From NCBI GenBank assembly GCA_964521955.1, contig CAZFTX010000001.1, positions 42,386 through 106,385 of the forward strand: a DNA stretch of 64,000 nt, in the 5' to 3' direction. The notes beneath the pieces are model-generated. The model did not search any database, was not told the DNA's origin, and saw only the letters and a program-made list of their open reading frames with translations. The position numbers and the translations under genes are program-made. The stretch is from an uncultured Candidatus Saccharibacteria bacterium (GTDB taxonomy: Bacteria; Patescibacteriota; Doudnabacteria; UBA920). Positions 57,322-64,000 of the stretch are shown in pieces. Each line of letters starts with the position of its first letter. The first letter of the stretch is position 1.

Positions 57322-58056
57322 ATGGTCAATTTACTAAAGCCTTTTTTTAAAGACCTACAAACTTTCTTTCTAGACACCCTTTTTCCCATTTACTGCCTTT
57401 CCTGCGGCAAAGAAGGAAATTTTTTATGTACCAATTGCCAAAAAACTATAACTTTTTTGAAGCACCAAACTTGTATTTACTGTAAAAAAGTCAGTTTAGG
57501 CGGGCAAACCCATTCCAGCTGTTTAAAACCTTTTAGCCCGGAAGGTTTAGTTTCTCTTTTAGACTACCGGGACGAAGTCGTGTCTGAACTTATTATTCAA
57601 GGAAAATATTACTTCGTTAAAAGTACGTTTGAACTTTTAGGACAACTCATGGCTCAAAAGCTTAAAAAAGACTATTCAAATTTAATTTTAGGAAAAGACT
57701 ATACAAACGAATTCATTCTTTGCCCAATCCCCTTACATAGTTGGCGCCACCGTTGGCGTGGTTTTAACCAATCAGAAGTTTTGTGTAAGGCAATTTCAGA
57801 AAATTTAAACTTAGAAGTGAGGGAATTTTTAGAAAGAAAAAAATCTACCCTCACACAAAAGGATTTAAAAAAAGACCAAAGGCAACAAAACATGGAAAAT
57901 GCTTTTGGTTTAAAAACCGGAGTAAACATTAAAGGAAAAAATATTTTTCTGGTAGACGACGTAACCACTACCGGCTTTACTTTACTTGAAGCTGTAAAGG
58001 CTTTAAAAAGAAACGGCGCCAACCAAGTATGGTGTTTAACCGCCGCAAAAGAATAG
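57322..58056 (+). CDS. comFC: ComF-family competence protein (phosphoribosyltransferase-like, ComFC)
   Basis: N-terminal Cys-rich zinc ribbon (CLSCGKEGNFLCTNC...CIYCKK) and a C-terminal PRTase motif (VDDVTTTGFTL). Confidence 0.8.
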   Translation: MVNLLKPFFKDLQTFFLDTLFPIYCLSCGKEGNFLCTNCQKTITFLKHQTCIYCKKVSLGGQTHSSCLKPFSPEGLVSLLDYRDEVVSELIIQGKYYFVKSTFELLGQLMAQKLKKDYSNLILGKDYTNEFILCPIPLHSWRHRWRGFNQSEVLCKAISENLNLEVREFLERKKSTLTQKDLKKDQRQQNMENAFGLKTGVNIKGKNIFLVDDVTTTGFTLLEAVKALKRNGANQVWCLTAAKE

Positions 58057-58104
58057 CAAAAAGAAATACCGCGGGGTTCTTGAGCCCCGCGGTGACGACT
58101 TAAG

Positions 58105-58353
58105 TCAGGAATCACTTTTTTGAAGAGCCAGACTTGCAAGCAAAGCCTCAAGCTTATCGGCTCTTTCTTCAAGCGTGTCAACTCGATCCGCAAGAGAAGG
58201 CCCGTAACATTTAAGCGCATCCCTAACCGCACGTCGACAGAATCCAGATACGTCATCGCCGAGGCTTCTTGCGACTGACTCAATCAAATCGTAATCGGAC
58301 TCTGGAAGGCGAAAATTGACTTGCCTGCGTTTTTGAGGCGTTCCTCTTCTCAT
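58105..58353 (-). CDS. ribbon-helix-helix (CopG/Arc/MetJ-like) DNA-binding protein (GC-rich island 5)
   Basis: A beta-strand VNFRLPES followed by two helices (DYDLIESVARSLG / DVSGFCRRAVRDAL). GGAGG SD before the ATG. Confidence 0.5.
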   Translation of the reverse strand: MRRGTPQKRRQVNFRLPESDYDLIESVARSLGDDVSGFCRRAVRDALKCYGPSLADRVDTLEERADKLEALLASLALQKSDS

Positions 58354-58417
58354 GATGTTCCTCCGTCCTGTTGAAATACGCCTATTATAATGCTACATTT
58401 CAACCCAAAAGTCAATA

Positions 58418-58438
58418 CTAAAAAGCTGCATAACGCAG
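58418..58438 (-). terminator. terminator-like hairpin downstream of the alkD-like gene
   Basis: aaagctgc-ataac-gcagcttt, an 8-bp stem flanked by a T/A-rich run. Confidence 0.4.
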
Positions 58439-58463
58439 CTTTAAAATTCCTAATTCAAACTTT

Positions 58464-59165
58464 TTACTTCAAATACTTTTGTCTCAACTTTTCCGGAAAC
58501 CTTTCTATAGCATACCTTAACATGGTTCTAGGCATTTTTTGATAATGCTTTTGTAGAAAAACTTCTTCAGTTTTTTGACTAACTCTTTTGCCAACTTCTC
58601 GGAGCATCCACCCTACGGCTTTGTGAATTAAGTCATGTGTGTCTGAAAGTAAAATTTCAGCAATTTTAAAAGTATCTTTAAACTCTCCTTGGTTTATAAA
58701 AGCAAAAGTAGAAAGTATGGCAATTCTTTTCTCCCATAAATTTTTTGACTTTGCCAACTTAAACAAAATACTTCGGTCTTTGTCTTTTAAAAAATCACCT
58801 ACTATGTAAGGAGCGCTAGAGTCTACCAAATCCCAGTTATTAACCTGTTTAGCATTTTTTATATACCACTGATAAATTTCCTTTTTTATTTGAAATTTTT
58901 TATACTTATAAACCGCCACAAACAAAGCAGTCAACCTTTCTTCATGAACCTTGCTTTTAATTAAACTTGAAAGATCTTGGAGACTTAAGTCCAAATATTT
59001 TTTTGCAATTTTTCTTTGCTTCGGAACAGTTATACCCAAAAAGACATCCCCCTCACCATACTGTCCTTTCCCGGTTTTAAAAAAACGTTTTAAAAAAGCT
59101 GCCTTGTTAAAGTCAGCGTTTTTTAAAAGCTCGGCTCTTAAATTCTTCAAGCTTGAAGTTTTCAT
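58464..59165 (-). CDS. DNA alkylation repair protein (AlkD/AlkC-like HEAT-repeat glycosylase family)
   Basis: 233 aa all-helical protein with the DNA_alkylation-family pattern (…KRFFKTGKGQYGEGDVFLGITVP…WDLVDSSAPYIVG…). Confidence 0.6.
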   Translation of the reverse strand: MKTSSLKNLRAELLKNADFNKAAFLKRFFKTGKGQYGEGDVFLGITVPKQRKIAKKYLDLSLQDLSSLIKSKVHEERLTALFVAVYKYKKFQIKKEIYQWYIKNAKQVNNWDLVDSSAPYIVGDFLKDKDRSILFKLAKSKNLWEKRIAILSTFAFINQGEFKDTFKIAEILLSDTHDLIHKAVGWMLREVGKRVSQKTEEVFLQKHYQKMPRTMLRYAIERFPEKLRQKYLK

Positions 59166-61609
59166 TTTTTCATTTTATCTTCCACGGCCTTTATTTGCAA
59201 AGTCGCTTTTAAAACTGTGTCCGGGTTTAAAGAAATACTGTCTATACCCTCTCTTACTAAAAATTCAGCAAATTCCGGAAAATCCGAAGGCCCCTGTCCG
59301 CAAATACCCACCTTTAAACCCAAAGCATGCGCTTTAACTATGAGATGATGAATAAGTTTTAATACAGCATGGTTTTTTTCATTACCCACATGCGCAACCA
59401 ACTTACTGTCCCTGTCCAAACCTAAAGTCAACTGGGTTAAGTCATTACTGCCAATGGAAAATCCGTCAAAAATTTTAGCAAAATCTTCTACCAATAAAAT
59501 ATTTGAAGGTATTTCAGCCATGACCCAAACTTGCAAATCACCTTTTTTTCGGTCTTTTTTGGGTTTTCGCTTAAGACCGTTCTTTGCCATTTCCGCGACA
59601 ACGCTCTCACCTTCCTCTGGAGTTCGGCAAAACGGAATCATTACTTGTAAATTTTTCAAACCCATTTCTTCCCTTACTTTCAACACAGCTTGGCATTCAA
59701 GAGCGAAAGCCGCAGAAAAGCCCTGGTCATAATACCTGCTCGCTCCACGCCAGCCAATCATAGGGTTTTCTTCATGCGGTTCATAGTCTGTACCGCCAAT
59801 TAAACCAGCATACTCGTTGGTCTTAAAGTCTGAAAATCTAAGCAAAACCTCATTTGGATAAAAAGCCGAGGCAATAATTCCAATACCGTAGGCCAGCTTT
59901 TGCACATAAAAATCTACCGGAGAACCAAAACCCGAAGAGAGTTCGTCTATTTGTTTTTTTACTTCCGGCTTTTCAATTTTGTTGTAATTTAAAAGCGCAT
60001 TCGGGTGAACTTTAATGTAATTGGTAATTACAAACTCTTCCCTTAAAAGCCCGACCCCCTTGTTGGGTATGAAAGAATGGCCAAAAACCAGTTCAGGATT
60101 GGCAACAATCATTTTAATCTCTGTTTTGGGCTGGGAAAAATCCTTTAAATTATGTTTGTCAATTTTAAACTTTAACCTACCTTCGTAAACCTTACCTGCC
60201 TCGCCTTCGCTGCAGGACACGGTTACTTCAGTACCGGTTGAAACTTTTTCCGTAGCGTTACCACACCCAACCACTGCCGGAATCCCAAGTTCCCTGGAAA
60301 CAATAGCCGCGTGACTGGTACGCCCCCCACTGTTAGTTACAATAGCACTTGCCATTTTCATAATCGGCTCCCAGTCGGGATCGGTTATTTCTGTTACCAA
60401 AACTTCACCGGGTTTAAATTCACTAATTTGGGAAGCGTCCTTAATAAAGTGCGCTTTGCCTTGGCCAATTTTGGCTCCCACAGCCGCACCTTGGCACAAA
60501 ACTTTCCCTGTTTCCAAAAGTACATATTCTTCCAAAACATTTACATCCCTTCTCGCTTGCACGGTTTCCGGCCTGGCTTGAACAATAAACAACTTTTTAG
60601 TTTCACCGTCATAAGCCCATTCTATGTCCATTGGCCTTTGGTAATGATCTTCAATCATTGCTCCCCAACGTGCCAGCTGCAAAATTTGTTCATCAGAAAA
60701 AACAAAACGCTTTCGGTCTTGTTCCGAAACCACAGCTTCCTTAGTAGGGCTTATACCCTCGGAAGAATAAATCAACTTTTTTTCTTTACTTCCCAACTTT
60801 TTGCTAATTATGGCTTTAAAATTCTGTTTCAAGGTTGGTTTAAAAACCATATACTCGTCTGGAGTAACCACACCCTTAACCACATACTCACCAAGCCCGT
60901 AAGACGCGTTAATTAAAACCACATCCTTAAAACCGCTTTCCGTGTCCAAAGTAAACATAACTCCGCTTGCGCCTCTGTCAGACCTAACCATTTTTTGCAC
61001 AGTTACAGAAAGCGCAATTTTAAAATGGTCAAAATTTTTGTCTACCCGGTAAGAAATAGCCCGATTGGTAAACAAAGAAGCAATAGCCTTTTTAATTGCT
61101 TCCTGCAGTTGATACTGACCTTTTACGTTTAAATACGACTCCTGCTGACCGGCAAAAGAAGCATCCGGCAAATCTTCAGCTGTAGCCGAACTACGCACCG
61201 CCACGTCTAGGTCAACTTCAGAAACTTTTAACTTCTTTGCCAACTCCGTATAGGCTTTGTTAATGTCGGCCTGTAAATCCTCGGGGAAAGTTGTAGCTAA
61301 AATTACCTGCCTGACTTTTTGACCCTTGTCTTCTAACTGTTTTAAGTCTCCGGTGTTTAAACCTTTTAAAATGTCAGCAATCTTCTTGTCCAAACCAGTC
61401 ACAGACACAAAATACCTGTATGCTGCCGCAGTTACTGCAAAACCGTAAGGTACTGCTATTTGTTCGCCCGGAAAAAGCTTTGACTTAGCCTTAGTCAAAT
61501 TCTGGAACATTTCCCCCAAATTTGCGTTTTTCCCTCCCACTAAAGGAATATCGTTTTTGCTAATTTCGTCAAACCACAAAATAAAAGTCTCTTGCCTGGT
61601 TTTGGGCAT
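59162..61609 (-). CDS. ppsA: phosphoenolpyruvate synthase (pyruvate, water dikinase)
   Basis: 815 aa. N-terminal ATP-grasp-like PPDK_N, central phosphohistidine domain (GGRTSHAAIVSRELGIPAVVG) and a C-terminal PEP-utilising TIM barrel. Confidence 0.88.
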   Translation of the reverse strand: MPKTRQETFILWFDEISKNDIPLVGGKNANLGEMFQNLTKAKSKLFPGEQIAVPYGFAVTAAAYRYFVSVTGLDKKIADILKGLNTGDLKQLEDKGQKVRQVILATTFPEDLQADINKAYTELAKKLKVSEVDLDVAVRSSATAEDLPDASFAGQQESYLNVKGQYQLQEAIKKAIASLFTNRAISYRVDKNFDHFKIALSVTVQKMVRSDRGASGVMFTLDTESGFKDVVLINASYGLGEYVVKGVVTPDEYMVFKPTLKQNFKAIISKKLGSKEKKLIYSSEGISPTKEAVVSEQDRKRFVFSDEQILQLARWGAMIEDHYQRPMDIEWAYDGETKKLFIVQARPETVQARRDVNVLEEYVLLETGKVLCQGAAVGAKIGQGKAHFIKDASQISEFKPGEVLVTEITDPDWEPIMKMASAIVTNSGGRTSHAAIVSRELGIPAVVGCGNATEKVSTGTEVTVSCSEGEAGKVYEGRLKFKIDKHNLKDFSQPKTEIKMIVANPELVFGHSFIPNKGVGLLREEFVITNYIKVHPNALLNYNKIEKPEVKKQIDELSSGFGSPVDFYVQKLAYGIGIIASAFYPNEVLLRFSDFKTNEYAGLIGGTDYEPHEENPMIGWRGASRYYDQGFSAAFALECQAVLKVREEMGLKNLQVMIPFCRTPEEGESVVAEMAKNGLKRKPKKDRKKGDLQVWVMAEIPSNILLVEDFAKIFDGFSIGSNDLTQLTLGLDRDSKLVAHVGNEKNHAVLKLIHHLIVKAHALGLKVGICGQGPSDFPEFAEFLVREGIDSISLNPDTVLKATLQIKAVEDKMKK

Positions 61610-61680
61610 ATATTTTTGTTTCTTTTTGTTTGCTTATTACTATAATATTATACCACCAAATAATTCTTTTGTGTATTTTT

Positions 61681-61718
61681 TAGGTTAATTAGGTTAATTA
61701 GGTTAATTAGGTTAATTC
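61681..61718. repeat. tandem repeat (AGGTTAATT)x4.2
   Basis: taggttaattaggttaattaggttaattaggttaattc read directly. It overlaps the last three codons and the stop of yggU, and lies about 70 nt upstream of the ppsA start. Confidence 0.85.
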
Positions 61719-61925
61719 TATTATCTTTTGCTTCGCCCTCTGCCCCCTAACTATTTTCAGGCGCGTTTTAGGCACACTTAAAAAAGCGGCCAAAGCTTCT
61801 AAAACGGCTTTATTCGCTTCCCCTTCTTTAGGCAAAGCTTTTACCCGCACCTCAAAATGACTTGGGTCTTTTTGCAAAACCTGAGTCTCTCTTGCTCGAG
61901 TCTTCACACTTACAAATAACTTCAT
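61707..61925 (-). CDS. yggU: DUF167/YggU-family protein
   Basis: VKALPKEGEANKAVLEALAAFLSVPKTRLKIVRGQRAKQK matches the UPF0235 core. Confidence 0.7.
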   Translation of the reverse strand: MKLFVSVKTRARETQVLQKDPSHFEVRVKALPKEGEANKAVLEALAAFLSVPKTRLKIVRGQRAKQKIIELT

Positions 61926-62006
61926 AAAAAACTTCACGAATTAACCATGGATCTAAAAATTTATTTTTAAATTTTCAAATCCATAATACATTAAACGAAG
62001 CGTTAG

Positions 62007-62098
<92 letters not shown>

Positions 62099-62233
62099 CG
62101 ACCTCTCCAAATACTTACATATTTTACTTAAAAAAAGCCTATTGGTCAATAAAAATACGGACGGGGGTCAGAGGCCTTAGCCTTCAGCCCGCCGTCCGCG
62201 AATTTCGGTCTTGCGAGAGAACTGTGGTTGCGG

Positions 62234-62827
62234 TTAGAGCGCCGAGACCTTCGAAAGCACTTTCGCCCAGCCGTCGGGGTGCAATCCCAGTTCCACACCT
62301 TCCAAGGTATGATAACTGAAATATTCCCGAGACAAATCAAAAGTGCCTTTAACTGCGCAGACCGCAAGGTCAATCATCGGGCCATGACCGAAGGCAACGC
62401 CCAACTCACCTTCTTCAAGCTGCGCAAACATCTGGGAGACTCCACCTCGGACAATTTCTGCCCACTCATCCACCACCTTTGCCACTCCATGACATGCGAG
62501 CATGGCATGAATGTTCCCTCCCGAAGCTGCAAGCGCCCGAAACGTGCTAGGCGACGTAATTTCAGAAAGCAACTCCTTAGTGCCAATTTGGGAAACAACA
62601 GGCGCAACCCTACCCACATGCCCGTGCCCCACAATGAACGAAGCCGCGGTCTGAGCCGTGCAGACATGCGGTCCGTGAAAAACGCAATCAATCCCAAACC
62701 GATCACTCATTGCACGATACGCAAGCCCAACATCACGGGCTAAATCTAATCCAGCAAGACTGAGGAATTTGAGCGATTCGCTCGCTTCTTCATCGGCATC
62801 GGCATGAGTGAGATAAATCAATCTCTT
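62234..62827 (-). CDS. hypothetical protein, weakly SixA/histidine-phosphatase-like (GC-rich island 6)
   Basis: The N-terminus MKRLIYLTHADADEEASESLKFLSLAGLD parallels SixA (IMRHGDAALDAASDSVRPLTTNG), but RHG is replaced by THA. AAGGAGAAGGAA SD. About 58% GC. Confidence 0.3.
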   Translation of the reverse strand, partial: KRLIYLTHADADEEASESLKFLSLAGLDLARDVGLAYRAMSDRFGIDCVFHGPHVCTAQTAASFIVGHGHVGRVAPVVSQIGTKELLSEITSPSTFRALAASGGNIHAMLACHGVAKVVDEWAEIVRGGVSQMFAQLEEGELGVAFGHGPMIDLAVCAVKGTFDLSREYFSYHTLEGVELGLHPDGWAKVLSKVSAL

Positions 62828-63081
62828 CATTTCCTTCTCCTTCTTCATTTCAGATTTCGGACACAACAGGCAAGGGTCAAAAAACCACTACCCGTTGTGT
62901 CCAACTTAAAAAGAAGAAAACTAACCGCAAATTGTTAAAGTTCATTCGCAAATCACATTTCAGGCTTAAATCCGTCTACCTTTGGTAGACAAACTTAGGC
63001 ACCAAACCGTGATCTAGCATTATAGCACTTTTTTTGCTCCTTGTCAATGGTGATCTTTTCATACTTGCTATGCTAAGATTT

Positions 63082-64000
63082 ATGTATAATTCTCATACTA
63101 TGAATTCAATTACTAAAGAAAAGTTAGTCAAAATAATTAAAACTAATCACTGGTTAATCCAAGGGTTTAATGGTTTGCCAATTTACCTTCATAACGTTGC
63201 TACCAATACCGGATGGATGATAAAAAATATTACGGGAGTTACATATTCCCACTTTTTTTTAAGAATGCACGAAAGTAGGGCAAAATACTATTACGACGAG
63301 TCAGACTTAATTGCTATAGGTAATGGGTACTTTAAAAAAAATAAAAATGTAAAAGATTTAATTACCTTTAGACAAATTCAAAAAATAGACTACCTCAAAG
63401 CCAGAAAAACAAGTGGTCAGGTTCCTCAAAATTTAAATTCCCTGAATTTACGCCAACTAGTTTCTTTAGCAAAAAATTTGTCTTTTGAGTTAACTATGTC
63501 TATTGGTATCTCTCACTCAATAGAAGGCATTTCTTTTGTTAGTGAACAAAAATTAAAAGAATTACTAAACCAAAGAAACTCTAACACTCATGAAAATTTT
63601 CACCTTCTATCGTCTCCTACCAAGCCTTCATTTCTTTCTTTAGCTCAAACAGCTTTATGGAAAATAAAAAAATCCAAAGGCATACTACAAGAAAAATTAA
63701 TCAAAAAGTTTTTAAAAAGTTTTGGATGGATTGAAAATAGTTATGTTAGAGGGAAAATATTGTCTAAAAAACATGTTTTAGAAAAAGCCAAACACCAAAA
63801 ACATTTTTATTCCCCGAATGTCTTAAAAAAAACCAAAGCGGATAAAGCTAGCTTAATTAAAAAGCTACATTTAAACAAACAAGAACAATTTGTTGTTCAG
63901 ACCATTGAACTTTGTACAAGCTGGCAGGATGATAGAAAAAAATTCCTAATGCAAACCATTGGACGTTTTGAGCCTGTTTTGGAAGAAATCGCTAAAAGAT
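63082..64000 (+). CDS. hypothetical protein, 5' partial (runs off the window end)
   Basis: Uninterrupted reading frame of about 306 codons from an ATG to the end of the window, with host-like AT-rich codon usage. Not listed in the ORF track, presumably because it has no stop. Confidence 0.5.
   Translation, partial: MYNSHTMNSITKEKLVKIIKTNHWLIQGFNGLPIYLHNVATNTGWMIKNITGVTYSHFFLRMHESRAKYYYDESDLIAIGNGYFKKNKNVKDLITFRQIQKIDYLKARKTSGQVPQNLNSLNLRQLVSLAKNLSFELTMSIGISHSIEGISFVSEQKLKELLNQRNSNTHENFHLLSSPTKPSFLSLAQTALWKIKKSKGILQEKLIKKFLKSFGWIENSYVRGKILSKKHVLEKAKHQKHFYSPNVLKKTKADKASLIKKLHLNKQEQFVVQTIELCTSWQDDRKKFLMQTIGRFEPVLEEIAKR

Noticed and set aside
62228-62743. ORFs 62228..62743(+) and 62374..62706(-), Arg-rich, in GC-rich island 6
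   Set aside because: GC-induced alternative-frame ORFs overlapping the SD-led 62234..62827 ORF.

Overview
This is a low-GC (about 33-35%), gene-dense bacterial window with very short intergenic spacers, few Shine-Dalgarno sequences and many small housekeeping operons. That is the look of a reduced-genome Patescibacteria/CPR-type organism, but the lineage call is an inference. Most of the window is conserved core genes. These include pyrG, rplI, ftsEX, prfB, a thymidylate-synthesis cluster (tmk, a T4 gp1-like dNMP kinase, HD nucleotidase, CYTH, thyA, HAD, folA, dcd), the rplKA/nusG/secE cluster, folD, mrdA-mreDCB, proS, rseP, frr, holB, miaA, gatCAB, secA, lemA, htpX, recX, clpC, comFC, alkD-like, ppsA, yggU and tRNA-Ser(GCT).

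The main find is a complete diversity-generating retroelement (DGR) at about 4.8-8.0 kb. It has a reverse transcriptase, an Avd-like helper encoded divergently and overlapping the RT start, and a 130-bp template repeat. Almost every one of the template's adenines is substituted in the C-terminal variable repeat of a strikingly GC-rich target gene (about 57% GC). The variable repeat is followed by a conserved GC-rich 3' block and a stem-loop.

Other notable items:
- A 2869-aa surface/adhesin-like giant protein carrying an exact internal 265-bp direct repeat, whose C-terminal membrane-anchor module is duplicated in a stand-alone paralog.
- Several families of structured intergenic repeats.
- A CIRCE operator upstream of clpC.
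- A 9-bp tandem repeat between yggU and ppsA.
- Six GC-rich mini-islands (about 50-58% GC), each with canonical SD-led ORFs, sigma70-like promoters and hairpin terminators, embedded in the AT-rich genome. One abuts tRNA-Ser.

No rRNA and no CRISPR array were seen.
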